From an uncultured Christensenella sp. (GTDB lineage: Bacteria > Bacillota > Clostridia > Christensenellales > UBA1242): a stretch of 59,959 nucleotides of DNA. Positions 1 through 12,117 of this stretch are shown here, piece by piece. The stretch covers positions 1-59,959 of the forward strand of contig CAYSUG010000004.1 of NCBI GenBank assembly GCA_964434145.1, written 5' to 3'. The first letter of the stretch is position 1. Each line of letters opens with the position of its first letter. The notes under the pieces are model-generated. The model was not told the DNA's origin, did not search any database, and worked only from the letters and a program-made list of their open reading frames with translations. The position numbers and the translations under genes were made by a program.

Positions 1-216
1 ATAATATTGCCAGAATCAGCCGATGAGCGGAGTGAAATGTCTATAGTAGAAGAAATAGGCACAGGTGGAATTATTGATGGCAACGAGATAGACTGGGTAG
101 TAAAAAAAGGCGACAGAGTAATATATAACAAGTATTCCGCGCACGAATTCGTAGTAGACGGAGAGCCATTCATTATTATTAGCCAGCAAGATATATTAGG
201 AATAATTGAGGATTAA
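1..216 (+). CDS. groES: co-chaperonin GroES (Cpn10), 5' end cut by the window edge
   Basis: The frame-1 translation IILPESADERSEMS...GDRVIYNKYSAHEFVVDGEPFIIISQQDILGIIED looks like the mobile loop to C-terminus of Cpn10. It lies 15 nt upstream of groEL with an AAGGAGG SD between them. Confidence 0.9.
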   Translation: MILPESADERSEMSIVEEIGTGGIIDGNEIDWVVKKGDRVIYNKYSAHEFVVDGEPFIIISQQDILGIIED

Positions 217-1827
<1,611 letters not shown>

Positions 1828-1832
1828 AAAAA

Positions 1833-1878
1833 GACTATTGTTATGTGCCAACTGCACTATACAATAGTCAATTTTTTT
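1833..1878. terminator. bidirectional rho-independent terminator between groEL and the convergent membrane-protein gene
   Basis: A 9-bp perfect stem (GACTATTGT, 1833-1841, and ACAATAGTC, 1861-1869) is flanked by an A7 run upstream and a T7 run downstream. Confidence 0.7.
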
Positions 1879-2725
1879 AATTATCTTTCTTTGTTGTATT
1901 TCTAACAGTTTTCTTTTCTTCTACTGCTTGCACTTTTTCCAATTTCTCTTCTTCAGGCTTTACATCTGTCCTAGGTGCTACAATGTTTGTAGCGGCCTTT
2001 CTAGCAGCACGTCTTTCTGCATAATCTAGAACTTCTGCAAAGAAATTGTGATTGCACATACTATATATTGCAGTAACTAGGCTAAACAATACATAGAATA
2101 GAACACAAGTTATAATATTAAGTAGTACCATAACCATAGTAGCCTCAATTCTGGAAATGAACACAAGAGCAATAGCAAGTACAACAAATGCTAGCAAATA
2201 GACAATATAGAATATACCCTTGTAAGCAAACATATTGCCCTTCTGCCTTCTCATCCTCTTCTCGCTAGTAGACAATGCGTCTAGGAAATTGTCATAATCA
2301 TGATGCTCTACGAAATAGAATACCATAGAGAATGCTCCTATTGCAAAGAATACTGGCACTACAAATAAAATAGTAGAGAATAGATAGATCACAAATAGTA
2401 CAATGCCTAAGAATAGATACATCAGCATATTCTTGCCAGTGAATCCACTAAACAGCAGTCCATAATTAGGGCGAGAATCACTACTTGACAGCTCCCTCAT
2501 AAATCTAATATGACCTACTTGCATATTTCCAAATATAACCAATGCTACAATTGCTACAACTGCAAATAGCCCATGAACCACCGCAGATAGCCACGCAGCA
2601 CCAATTAGGATAACCGCAAATGGGAATACAGATATCAATGTAGCTAAGAACGCTGTACCCAACTTGCCTCTGAACCTTGCCTTGGTATTAGCAAAGAATT
2701 CTTTAAGATTTTTACTATTATTCAT
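1877..2725 (-). CDS. multi-pass integral membrane protein, DUF975-like, with a K/E-rich C-terminal tail
   Basis: 282 aa. The N-terminus MNNSKNLKEFFANTKARFRGKLGTAFLATLI plus 5-6 hydrophobic segments resembles the DUF975 family. This call is from memory of the family pattern only. Confidence 0.55.
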   Translation of the reverse strand: MNNSKNLKEFFANTKARFRGKLGTAFLATLISVFPFAVILIGAAWLSAVVHGLFAVVAIVALVIFGNMQVGHIRFMRELSSSDSRPNYGLLFSGFTGKNMLMYLFLGIVLFVIYLFSTILFVVPVFFAIGAFSMVFYFVEHHDYDNFLDALSTSEKRMRRQKGNMFAYKGIFYIVYLLAFVVLAIALVFISRIEATMVMVLLNIITCVLFYVLFSLVTAIYSMCNHNFFAEVLDYAERRAARKAATNIVAPRTDVKPEEEKLEKVQAVEEKKTVRNTTKKDN

Positions 2726-2812
2726 ACATTTCTCCTTATTTGATTATTTACATAATTATACAAGTTAGGCTGTTTTTTTCAAAATATTTTTGATATAGTT
2801 CTGAATTATTCA

Positions 2813-2848
2813 ACAAAAATATATGCCAAGGAGAATCTTGGCATATAT
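2813..2848 (-). terminator. rho-independent terminator of the 1975-aa surface protein gene
   Basis: A 12-bp perfect stem (2819-2830 and 2837-2848) lies directly after the stop at 2852 and is followed on the minus strand by a T-run. Confidence 0.75.
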
Positions 2849-2851
2849 TAC

Positions 2852-5800
2852 TTAATTACTACTGGTTGAGGCTAGAATATTAACAACAAAATCCTGTGTC
2901 CTAATCTGACCATCTGATCCAACAAAACTAATGGTTAGATCGACATCAGAGATTGCGTTTGCTACAAATTTCTTGCCAGATACTTCTATAACTTCTTGAT
3001 CAAACAAGAATATTATCTTGACCCCATTACTGTTATCTAGTGTATAAGAGAATGAATTAGTAGTAATATCTGCGATATTGTTCTCATTAAGAGTAACAAG
3101 CGTAGTATTGTTATTATTGGAATCTATAGAATATACAGTTAAATAAGTAGTTAACATATCAATAATAGTTGTACTAGTTAGTATGTTGGCACCACCAGTC
3201 ACACTCAGTTCTCTACTTACTGCTATAATATTACTTCCCATATCTAGTTCAATATTTTTCTTTATTGCAATAGGAATATTGATATTTATAGATTGTTCAC
3301 TGCCAAAGATTGCAGGAATACTATACTGCACTAATTCCAGGGTTATAGGAATGTTGTAGCTGCCACCACCTACCAGGTCTGACAATATCAGTGTATATCC
3401 AAGATCATCAACAGATGCTAGCATAGAATTACCGCCAGATACACTAAACTCTAACATATTTCCAGAGATTTCCGAAGATGTAATAGTTGTAATAATATCA
3501 TTGCCAGCAAAACGCAGTTTGAAATATTCATTCAGAGCATAAGTATTATCCGCATTCCATAAGGTATCAATATTGGCAAATTCATACTTGCAATTGATAT
3601 AGTCATATGGGACTAACGCTCCTCTATAATACAGCTCATAACCAGCTATCGGAGTTAGTATAGTTATAGTATTATTAGTAGCACCCACAAGGCCACTAGT
3701 GATAGTAAATTTAATAGGCAATACAAATGAACGACCAATAGGAATTGTTGAAAGAGTCTTTCCAACTTTGACTTCTGTAGAAACTAAAGTACCAAATGTT
3801 GCATTGCCGCCTACAAATTGATTCTTTACAGAATATGAATTTGTTTGATTTTGGTCATCATTCTCATGCCAGCTATGTGAAAAGTCCAGATTTTTATCAA
3901 TTGACAATACTGAGCTAATCTTGTCATACTCAATGCTAGAATATGTTGAATAACCATTAGCATAGGAGTTAAGCATCTTCATTGTCAGCAGATTGCCGTA
4001 TATATTATCACCGTTCTCAAGCAAACCATTATTCATATGAGTGAAGTAGTCTCCGCCCCTAATATCTCGTGATACACGATTGGACAGCGATACAGTAACT
4101 AACGGCTGTATGGTAATCTCATAGACCTTGCTAAGCACGCTATCAGCAAAACTAAATACTCCCGCAACATCAATAGTAAATGATACATATATTTGGGTAT
4201 ATATATCGCCTATAACTTTTAACTTGCAATCGTCTATACCAATATAATTAGCATAGGAAGATAAATTCGCAATCTCGCCATATATATTTCTATATTTTAC
4301 AGACTGGATTGTTACACCTGTAACACCATTAATTAATGAAGAGATATCATAAAAAATTGTCTTTGTTTTTGTATCTACAGTATATCCTTGTACAGCTATA
4401 GAAATATCATCAGTATTATCTGTAGTAAAGTTGTTGTGAGTAATGGTAGTATTATTTGCAAAGCCATATCCATCAGCATATGCTACGTATGGCTTGGAAT
4501 TTAATGCACTAGTATCTATTGTCATATTAGCTTTAACCAAGAATGTCAGAACCAGACTCTGATCTCCTAGAGTACAAGTAACATTAACAATTTTGTCTTC
4601 AAACTGATCATAGAAGTATATGGTTGGAGAATTTGCTCCTGCATATGTCTGTCCCTTCTCACCAAAATATGCATAGTTGGTATTATCTATAGAGAAGACA
4701 ATCTGTTTCTTTAAATTATCATCAGTAGTTGTACCATTAGTAATAGTAAAGTATTGGAACAAATCTGAATGAGATCTAGCAATACGTGTGTTTCCTTTAG
4801 TTGGTTTACCTTCACTACCTTCACCGCTTATTTCAATTTTTTCCAATATTCCGTCATTATTAGTCTTGGAATCATTAAAAGCAAAAGTAGGCATTGTACC
4901 AATTGCTGTAACTGCGAATTTAACTTCCTTTGTTACATCATCGCTACTACTACTTCTAAATGTCCATATCATGGAGTAGGATATAACAAATTTCCCCTCT
5001 ACTGCTGCTAGTGGTAGAGTTCCGTCGCTATTCAATTTTACTAAGAATGTCTCGTCGTCAACTATGGTCTCGTCGTCAACTATGATAAATGTATCTTTTA
5101 GGAAATATTTGGAATAAGAGTCTATCGATTCTTTAACTGGACCTTTATCACCATGATAAGTTATATCAGTAACCTTTACATAAATTGCACTAGCATCTTG
5201 GATAGATGTACTAGATACAGAATACGATATATTGTCCATGTTATACAGATTTGTTGTTGCAGGATCAGCATATATAAGAGAGTTAATATAATCAACAATA
5301 GACGACGTCGTAGTATCCATTCCACCAAGGTTAAATATATAATTATTCAGGCATTCCTCGACATAAGTATTAGACAACAACGAAATATCTACTATCGATT
5401 CTGCCTTATTTGTCATTTGATATACACCATTATCAAGGAATAAGCCTGCAGTAATATTGCCAGACATATTACCTGTCAATGTCGCAAATTTGCCGCTAGC
5501 ATCCAAAGCAAATATAAGCGGCCTATAATAAACTAAAGTATCACTACCTTCAGCAACACTAAGTTTTGCAAATGTATAGTTGTTGCTCCACAACCAGCTA
5601 TAACCATTCGCTGTCATGCTACCACTTGTCGTCAAATCTATTATTCCTGTCGTATTAGTATTAGCATCTACAACAGCATTAGTACCAGTGTACATATTAG
5701 AAAAGTCTGTAACTTTAACCTCATTAACCTCTACATACATAGAATCTGACGACAAATAGTCTACTTCTTTGATCAGAGATTGAGCTATTCCTAACAATGG

Positions 5801-8779
5801 TTTATCGTCAGGAGACGTAACTTTATTGGCTGCAAGTGATAGTATGATTGGGTGAATTGTCATTCCATCAATTATATTTTGTGTCCCTTTTTTTGCTATA
5901 TTCACATCTGTAGTTATTGTAGATCCACCAATTGTTATAGTTTGTTGTTGTATGTATGTAGCATCTATTGATATGTGTTCCGCTGCAGATATTGATACAG
6001 CTTCGAAGACAACTCCATCACTCTTACTTTCTACTTGGTCTATAAATTTATGCCAAGCAAGCAGCCTATTGGTTAGAGACTGAGCTAATTCGCTGGATTT
6101 GTTACTATTATACTCTAATAAATCAGTAAACGAATATGGCAAAACATATATAACATTATCATATTCCAAGCCCTTGATCAACTTTAGATATTCACCATTT
6201 CTTAGTAGCAAATCACCCTTGTTATATGTTTGATCAGCAACAAATTTATCTATCTTTATGCCATTTTCTTCCGTGGTTTCTACATGCCCAATTCTTATTG
6301 TCTCATCAAACTGCGTATAATAATATACATTTTCTAGCAGACTGCTTACTTCTATCATATTCTCAGAGAAATCAATGTCATTGATAGTAATATATTCTAC
6401 AGCAGATACATTGCTACCATTTAGAGTAATTATATTATGAGTTTTATCTTCATCATATACCTTGTTTCCCTCTCTATCCAGAGGATTGGCATTTATATCA
6501 CTGAATATATATGCTGCTGCTATTGCAACCTTGTTGTTACTAGCTGCCAATGCCTGTAATTCTCCCCAAGACAACTCATAGGCATACACCGTACCTACAA
6601 TGGAGTCCGTAGTAGTTGCAGTAGATGCAGTTGATTTAGTGTCCATATACTCATAATAATACTTTCCGTCACTTGTTATCTTCTGAACCAATACCTTGCC
6701 GTTCAAGTCTCTGAACTGGAATATCTTAGAGAACATATCAGAGTTCTCACTTGTATCTTTAAAAATTGGATACAGACTATTGCCATCAAAGGATGATGTA
6801 ATGATAGAATTATCCCCAAATGTCCATCCGGAACTGCCGTATGCACCTATATATGCAAATAGTTTGTATGAGGCTGGGTCAAATGTAACGGTAGTGTGTT
6901 TATCCCTCTGTCCTGCTGGGTTAGTTATAGTTTGCGTATTATATACTGATCCAACAATTTCTTTTAACTTCTCCATTACAGCGTCATTGGCTGTATAATA
7001 CATTGACTCTGATATAACATCAGACAATGCACTATTTAATTCCGTTCCATTCTCTCTGGTACTAGAAGTATCTTTTATTAACACCTTGGCATAATCATAG
7101 AATGTCTTCTTACCATCCTCACCCGCTACGTCTATGGAGAATCTTAAGTATATCTGGAAATCTTTAGACTTGCTAGGCACAAGGGTCGAAAACTTCCAAT
7201 ACGAATCCTCTGAATTATCATATTGCAATTTCTCTACATTTAGATACTTGTTATTAGCACCAAGCAATCCAGACCATACACCCTCTTTTGTATACAGCTC
7301 ATCTATATCGCTTTTGTAATTTACGTCACTCACATTATTAGCATTCTTAGGAAATTCAATCTTTGTAAGAGAACTCTTGCTGACAATAACATCAGCGCCA
7401 GAGGAATCCTTGATCGTCTTGGTCTCTGCATCATATACCAAGACTTCAATATCTAGATCATTTAATAGTTCTAACTTCACAGCCTCAGATATTGCGGCAT
7501 TCTCGTTAGAATTGGTTCCATCTATACGTATGTCAAAGACATCAATTATGTTTTCGCCATAGTCATAGTTGTCATCATTGTTATACAGATAGAAATAGTG
7601 ATCTCTTGTAATAATATTGTCATCTCCAACCAATTGAGCCAAATCTAACTCTACCACATCCGATTTTACACTAAAACTATTGACCTTAACATCAGATACA
7701 TAAAAATCTATAAACGTGGACACTAATACAAAATCCAAGGTTGTGGCAATCTTCTCTACAATATTAGAATCAGACACCTGTAGAGGTAATTCTTTTTCAA
7801 AAAATTCTGCCGCAGTAGGACTCTCTACAAAATACGTTCTATATTTCTGCAAGAACGCATTGTATGACTGCAACAACGATGCAAATGCTGTATCTGTAGC
7901 CAATTGCGATTGATTCTTTGTCAAATATTGCGACTCAAACTGACCGAAACCAGAATTCTTGAATTCTTCTTGGATAGTGTATGTCCTATGCACCTTAGAG
8001 ATAACTCTAATAGTATTAGATGAGATGCTAGCCGGATAGAAATTTAACTGATATCTATCATCGTCTATGTCATATTTGCAGTCTACAGGAATTCCCGCTG
8101 CAGCAGTCTGGCCTATAGTTATAGGCTGGAGACTAGAATTGGTGCTATCTGTAAGCTGATAATAGAAATATGTCTCTTTGTTCTGAGTACTGGACCATTG
8201 GTTAATATCGAATATATTATCCTTGTTACCTTCTAGATAGAATGATGTACTGGCCTTATTCTTGGATATTATGTACTGATTGGTCGATCCAGTACTAGAA
8301 TCCATCTTCAGATTAGTGCTGAAAACCAAGTCATTATCCTCTACTGGCACATCGACAATAATTTGCATTTTGCATGGAGTTATGAGATTACTCTCGCTCT
8401 CCTTTGATTTGCTAACGAATTCTAACTGGACATTTCCACCAACATTTCTACCATTTACATCTTTTTTGACAGATATAGTGAATGGTGTACCTGCCTTGAT
8501 ATTCTCTGGCACAATGACAGCATCGCCGTCTTGGATACATTTCAATTCTATGTCCGTAGCATCTTCTGGCAAATATTTGATAACAACATCTTTCATGTCG
8601 TCCTCTATTATGATAGGCTCTGTAACCCTTACACCTTCTGCGTTCTCATAATATATCTCAGTCATACCTATCCTGACCTCGTTAAAGCCACCAGTCAACG
8701 CGTAAACACCCACAGATACCAGCACTACACCCAAAACTGCAGCGATACTGATAGCGAAAATTATCCAAAACTTTTTCAT
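2852..8779 (-). CDS. giant N-terminally anchored surface protein (about 1975 aa), Ig-like/beta-rich repeats, N/S/T/Y-rich
   Basis: An uninterrupted 5.9-kb ORF. The likely start is the ATG at 8779 (MKKFWIIFAISIAAVLGVVLV, a signal anchor) with a GAGGAA SD 8 nt upstream. The ORF track's TTG at 8794 is probably not used. The first domain has a Big_2-like YLPEDAT motif. I saw no LPXTG, SLH or choline-binding repeats. Confidence 0.85.
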   Translation of the reverse strand: MKKFWIIFAISIAAVLGVVLVSVGVYALTGGFNEVRIGMTEIYYENAEGVRVTEPIIIEDDMKDVVIKYLPEDATDIELKCIQDGDAVIVPENIKAGTPFTISVKKDVNGRNVGGNVQLEFVSKSKESESNLITPCKMQIIVDVPVEDNDLVFSTNLKMDSSTGSTNQYIISKNKASTSFYLEGNKDNIFDINQWSSTQNKETYFYYQLTDSTNSSLQPITIGQTAAAGIPVDCKYDIDDDRYQLNFYPASISSNTIRVISKVHRTYTIQEEFKNSGFGQFESQYLTKNQSQLATDTAFASLLQSYNAFLQKYRTYFVESPTAAEFFEKELPLQVSDSNIVEKIATTLDFVLVSTFIDFYVSDVKVNSFSVKSDVVELDLAQLVGDDNIITRDHYFYLYNNDDNYDYGENIIDVFDIRIDGTNSNENAAISEAVKLELLNDLDIEVLVYDAETKTIKDSSGADVIVSKSSLTKIEFPKNANNVSDVNYKSDIDELYTKEGVWSGLLGANNKYLNVEKLQYDNSEDSYWKFSTLVPSKSKDFQIYLRFSIDVAGEDGKKTFYDYAKVLIKDTSSTRENGTELNSALSDVISESMYYTANDAVMEKLKEIVGSVYNTQTITNPAGQRDKHTTVTFDPASYKLFAYIGAYGSSGWTFGDNSIITSSFDGNSLYPIFKDTSENSDMFSKIFQFRDLNGKVLVQKITSDGKYYYEYMDTKSTASTATTTDSIVGTVYAYELSWGELQALAASNNKVAIAAAYIFSDINANPLDREGNKVYDEDKTHNIITLNGSNVSAVEYITINDIDFSENMIEVSSLLENVYYYTQFDETIRIGHVETTEENGIKIDKFVADQTYNKGDLLLRNGEYLKLIKGLEYDNVIYVLPYSFTDLLEYNSNKSSELAQSLTNRLLAWHKFIDQVESKSDGVVFEAVSISAAEHISIDATYIQQQTITIGGSTITTDVNIAKKGTQNIIDGMTIHPIILSLAANKVTSPDDKPLLGIAQSLIKEVDYLSSDSMYVEVNEVKVTDFSNMYTGTNAVVDANTNTTGIIDLTTSGSMTANGYSWLWSNNYTFAKLSVAEGSDTLVYYRPLIFALDASGKFATLTGNMSGNITAGLFLDNGVYQMTNKAESIVDISLLSNTYVEECLNNYIFNLGGMDTTTSSIVDYINSLIYADPATTNLYNMDNISYSVSSTSIQDASAIYVKVTDITYHGDKGPVKESIDSYSKYFLKDTFIIVDDETIVDDETFLVKLNSDGTLPLAAVEGKFVISYSMIWTFRSSSSDDVTKEVKFAVTAIGTMPTFAFNDSKTNNDGILEKIEISGEGSEGKPTKGNTRIARSHSDLFQYFTITNGTTTDDNLKKQIVFSIDNTNYAYFGEKGQTYAGANSPTIYFYDQFEDKIVNVTCTLGDQSLVLTFLVKANMTIDTSALNSKPYVAYADGYGFANNTTITHNNFTTDNTDDISIAVQGYTVDTKTKTIFYDISSLINGVTGVTIQSVKYRNIYGEIANLSSYANYIGIDDCKLKVIGDIYTQIYVSFTIDVAGVFSFADSVLSKVYEITIQPLVTVSLSNRVSRDIRGGDYFTHMNNGLLENGDNIYGNLLTMKMLNSYANGYSTYSSIEYDKISSVLSIDKNLDFSHSWHENDDQNQTNSYSVKNQFVGGNATFGTLVSTEVKVGKTLSTIPIGRSFVLPIKFTITSGLVGATNNTITILTPIAGYELYYRGALVPYDYINCKYEFANIDTLWNADNTYALNEYFKLRFAGNDIITTITSSEISGNMLEFSVSGGNSMLASVDDLGYTLILSDLVGGGSYNIPITLELVQYSIPAIFGSEQSININIPIAIKKNIELDMGSNIIAVSRELSVTGGANILTSTTIIDMLTTYLTVYSIDSNNNNTTLVTLNENNIADITTNSFSYTLDNSNGVKIIFLFDQEVIEVSGKKFVANAISDVDLTISFVGSDGQIRTQDFVVNILASTSSN
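5050..5085 (-). repeat. 18-nt in-frame tandem duplication (17/18 identical) inside the 1975-aa gene, encoding IVDDET-IVDDET
   Basis: The plus strand reads tctcgtcgtcaactatgg at 5050-5067, followed by tctcgtcgtcaactatga at 5068-5085. The protein reads ...FIIVDDETIVDDETFLV... Confidence 0.9.
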
Positions 8780-8891
8780 AATTCCATTCCTCAATTATAT
8801 AGATTAACAAAGCAAATCTTTTTCAACATTTCTTGACAAGTTACCATCGTCCCTCAATTCAAGGATAGTATCTGCAATATAATATATTTGT

Positions 8892-8920
8892 ATTATATAA
8901 ATAAGACATTTTTTTGTCAA
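8892..8920 (-). promoter_or_regulatory. consensus sigma-A type promoter (TTGACA-17 nt-TATAAT) for the 1975-aa surface protein gene
   Basis: On the minus strand, TTGACA is at 8920-8915, the spacer is exactly 17 nt, and TATAAT is at 8897-8892. This is about 110 nt upstream of the ATG at 8779. Confidence 0.7.
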
Positions 8921-8956
8921 ACAAATACATATTGATACAAAAATCGCATAATAGTA

Positions 8957-8991
8957 CAAAAAAAATAGGCTATGGTTTTGCCAATAGCCTA
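8957..8991 (-). terminator. rho-independent terminator after pflA
   Basis: The minus strand reads TAGGCTATTGGCAAAACCATAGCCTA followed by T8. Confidence 0.75.
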
Positions 8992-8998
8992 AATATTT

Positions 8999-9736
8999 TT
9001 ATTTTAACTTCTTCTCAAACTCAAATTTTTCTTTTAAAATATTGAATCTTGACATATCCAGGTCTGGAAGATTAACACACCTATTCTCAACACCTAACTC
9101 AGTATATTTGTGAAATCCCAATTTGGAGAACGGCAATAGTTCCCACCTAAATATATTGTCATGTCTTGACACAATATCTTGGACCTTGGTCAGATACTCC
9201 TCATTGTCACTAATGCTAGGCACAACCACTGTCCTAACCCAAGTCGGTATATTGTTACGCTGAAGATAGTCTAAGAAATCAATAGTATAATTGAGACTGC
9301 CTAACACATACGCTTTGTAATCCTCATTTGTTGCGTATTTGATATCACATATCACAAAATCCAGATTACGCAAAATCTCTGCTATCGTATCATCAATCTT
9401 CACGTTACCAGAAGTCTCAATGGCGGATTTAACACTAATATCCTTTAATCTCTTGATACACTCTAATACAAATTCTGACTGTAGCAAAGGCTCTCCACCG
9501 CTAAAAGTAACTCCACCGCTATCTCCATAATATGTTTTGTAATTCGACAATTTTTTAACTACTTCATCTGCAGTCATTTGTCTGCCATTCGTTTTATCCC
9601 AAGTATCTGGATTGTGACAGATCATACATCTAAGGTGACATCCTTGCAAAAACACAACACTACGAATGCCATAACCGTCTAAGGTCGAGTATGTATCTAG
9701 GCTATGAATATAGCCAACCGGATTACATCTTCTCAT
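8999..9736 (-). CDS. pflA: pyruvate formate-lyase activating enzyme (radical SAM)
   Basis: 245 aa with the CX3CX2C cluster motif ([15 protein letters not shown]) and the [13 protein letters not shown] motif. It overlaps the pflB stop by 14 nt. Confidence 0.95.
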   Translation of the reverse strand: MRRCNPVGYIHSLDTYSTLDGYGIRSVVFLQGCHLRCMICHNPDTWDKTNGRQMTADEVVKKLSNYKTYYGDSGGVTFSGGEPLLQSEFVLECIKRLKDISVKSAIETSGNVKIDDTIAEILRNLDFVICDIKYATNEDYKAYVLGSLNYTIDFLDYLQRNNIPTWVRTVVVPSISDNEEYLTKVQDIVSRHDNIFRWELLPFSKLGFHKYTELGVENRCVNLPDLDMSRFNILKEKFEFEKKLK

Positions 9737-11948
9737 GGAATGTCCTGTTAATAATCTCTGTCTGTTGTTCTTTATTCAATTTGTTGAAATTAACTGCGTA
9801 ACCACTGATTCTAATAGTCAGATTAGGATATTTCTTAGGGTTATTCATAGCATCAATTAACATATCCTTGTTCAATACATTGACATTGATATGTTGTGCA
9901 TCCTTAGCAAAATATCCATCTAGCAAGCTAGTCAAGTTAGCAACCTTCTCTGGCATCTTGCCACCTAGAGCAGATGGAATGATACTAAATGTATTGGATA
10001 TACCGTCTCTACAAGTATCGTACTTCAGCTTACATACGCTATTAAGACTAGCTAACGCACCATTCTTGTCCCTTCCATGCATTGGGTTGGCACCTGGAGC
10101 AAATGGCTCGCCCTTCTTTCTTCCGTCTGGAGTATCGCCAGTCTTCTTGCCATACGCGATGTTACTAGTAATTGTAAGTACTGAAAGAGTAGGAGTAGCA
10201 TCTCTATAGCATCTATTAGCCTTCAGATTAGCATAGAAGTTCTCAACAATCCACTTCGCAATCTCATCTACTCTGTCATCATCGTTGCCATATTTAGGGA
10301 AGTCACCCTCGACATCGAAGTGAGTAATTAGGCCTCTCTCATCTTTTCTAGCATACACCTTGGCATACTTAATAGCACTAAGGCTATCTGCCAATACACT
10401 AAGGCCGCAGATTCCAAACGCCATTAGCCTACCCACCTTGGTGTCGTGCAAAGACATCATCAATCTCTCGTATGCATATCTATCGTGCATATAGTGGATG
10501 CAATTAAGTGTATCTACATATAACTTTGCTACCATCTTGCTGCATTTCTTGTACGCCTTTAGCACCTTCTCATAGTCTAGCAAACCTTCATCAAATATAT
10601 CACCTAGACCCTCAAATACTTTATCGCCCTTAACCTCGTCATAACCGCCATTTAGAGCCATTAGTAACATCTTAGCAATATTGCATCTAGCACCAAAGAA
10701 CTGCATTTGCTTACCTATCTTCATAGCTGATACGCAGCAAGCAATACCGTAGTCGTCGCCAAATCTCTCTCTCATAAGGTCGTCATTCTCGTACTGAATG
10801 CTATCTGTATCAATAGATACCTTAGCACAGAAATCCTTGTAATTCTGAGGCAAATACTTGCTCCAAAGAATAGTAATGTTAGGCTCTGCAGAAGGCTTCA
10901 ATGTATATAGTGTGTTAAGAATTCTATAAGAAGTCTTAGTTACCATATGCCTACCGTCCTCTGTTACGCCACCCTCTGACAATGTAACCCAAGTAGGATC
11001 ACCTGCAAACATTTCGTTATATTCTGGAGTCCTAAGGTGTCTAACCATTCTTAGTTTGATAACAAAGTCATCAATAATCTCTTGTGCCTCAGATTCTGTC
11101 AATCTACCTTTCTTAATATCCTTTTGGAAATAGATATCTAGGAATGTAGAGATTCTGCCTAGTGAGTTAGCAGCACCAGTCTGCTCCTTTACTGCACCTA
11201 GGTATCCAAAATACAACCATTGAACAGCCTCTCTAGCATTGGTTGCTGGACGAGAAATATCGTAGCCATATCTCTTTGCCATAGCCTTCAGGCACTCTAG
11301 TCCTTCGATCTGCTTCTGTACATCTTCTATTAGCATCAGATTAGACTCATTAATGCCGTCATTGTACAATTTTAGCTTATCTTCCTTCTTCTTCGCAATA
11401 AGAAAATCTACACCATACAGTGCTACTCTACGATAGTCACCTATGATTCTACCTCTGCTATATGCGTCTGGAAGACCAGTAATGATACCACAGTGTCTAG
11501 CCTTTCTCATAAGTGGACTATATACTCTAAATACTCCGTCATTGTGAGTAGTTCTGTACTGGAATTGCTTCAGCACCTCGTCAGACAACTTGTAATTATA
11601 TGCCTTGCAAGCATTCTTTACATTATTAAGACCTGAGAATGGGCTAACCAATCTAACAAGTGGCTTGTCAGACTGCAAACCAACTATTATCTCATTCTTC
11701 TTGTCTAGATATCCTGCTGGATGAGAGTTGATGGATGCAGCCCTCTTAGTGTCTACGCCCAACACTCCCTTCTTCTGTTCCTTTGCCAACAATTTCTCTA
11801 ACTTTGCTAAGACCTTGTTAGTTCTATCTGTAGCACCAGCAAGGAAGCTTGCATCACCATTGTATTGCGTATAGTTATGTAGAATAAAATCCTCTACATT
11901 AATGTCTTTTTTCCATTTAGTTCCTTTAAAACTTTCCCAAACTGACAT
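9723..11948 (-). CDS. pflB: pyruvate formate-lyase (formate C-acetyltransferase), glycyl radical enzyme
   Basis: 741 aa with the glycyl-radical fingerprint RISGYAVNF near the C-terminus and the active-site CC (GIACCVSAM). Confidence 0.98.
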   Translation of the reverse strand: MSVWESFKGTKWKKDINVEDFILHNYTQYNGDASFLAGATDRTNKVLAKLEKLLAKEQKKGVLGVDTKRAASINSHPAGYLDKKNEIIVGLQSDKPLVRLVSPFSGLNNVKNACKAYNYKLSDEVLKQFQYRTTHNDGVFRVYSPLMRKARHCGIITGLPDAYSRGRIIGDYRRVALYGVDFLIAKKKEDKLKLYNDGINESNLMLIEDVQKQIEGLECLKAMAKRYGYDISRPATNAREAVQWLYFGYLGAVKEQTGAANSLGRISTFLDIYFQKDIKKGRLTESEAQEIIDDFVIKLRMVRHLRTPEYNEMFAGDPTWVTLSEGGVTEDGRHMVTKTSYRILNTLYTLKPSAEPNITILWSKYLPQNYKDFCAKVSIDTDSIQYENDDLMRERFGDDYGIACCVSAMKIGKQMQFFGARCNIAKMLLMALNGGYDEVKGDKVFEGLGDIFDEGLLDYEKVLKAYKKCSKMVAKLYVDTLNCIHYMHDRYAYERLMMSLHDTKVGRLMAFGICGLSVLADSLSAIKYAKVYARKDERGLITHFDVEGDFPKYGNDDDRVDEIAKWIVENFYANLKANRCYRDATPTLSVLTITSNIAYGKKTGDTPDGRKKGEPFAPGANPMHGRDKNGALASLNSVCKLKYDTCRDGISNTFSIIPSALGGKMPEKVANLTSLLDGYFAKDAQHINVNVLNKDMLIDAMNNPKKYPNLTIRISGYAVNFNKLNKEQQTEIINRTFHEKM

Positions 11949-12006
11949 ATGTTTTTTCTCCCTTTGTATATTACATATTACTTAATCTTTTATTTTAGCG
12001 TCAATC

Positions 12007-12035
12007 ATTGTAACACAAAGATATCCAAATGTAAA
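12007..12035 (-). promoter_or_regulatory. candidate promoter of pflB (TTTACA-17 nt-TGtTACAAT, extended -10)
   Basis: On the minus strand, TTTACA is at 12035-12030, the spacer is 17 nt, and TACAAT at 12012-12007 is preceded by TGT. Confidence 0.5.
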
Positions 12036-12060
12036 TAGTATTTAAGCAATTTTTAAAATA

Positions 12061-12109
12061 AAAAAAGTTATGGCAAAAATTGGGAAATTTCACAATTTTC
12101 TGCCATAAC
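12061..12109 (-). terminator. rho-independent terminator after spoIVA
   Basis: A 9-bp stem (GTTATGGCA, 12067-12075, and TGCCATAAC, 12101-12109) has a large loop and is followed on the minus strand by T6-7. Confidence 0.6.
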
Positions 12110-12117
12110 AAAAATAT

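Noticed and set aside
12079-12096. A Rex/CRP-FNR-like inverted repeat TTGGGAA-AT-TTCACAA upstream of pflB.
   Set aside because: The half-site spacing of 2 nt does not fit Rex (4 nt) or the CRP/FNR (TGTGA-N6-TCACA, TTGAT-N4-ATCAA) consensus. It also sits in the loop of the spoIVA terminator, about 45 nt upstream of the predicted -35.
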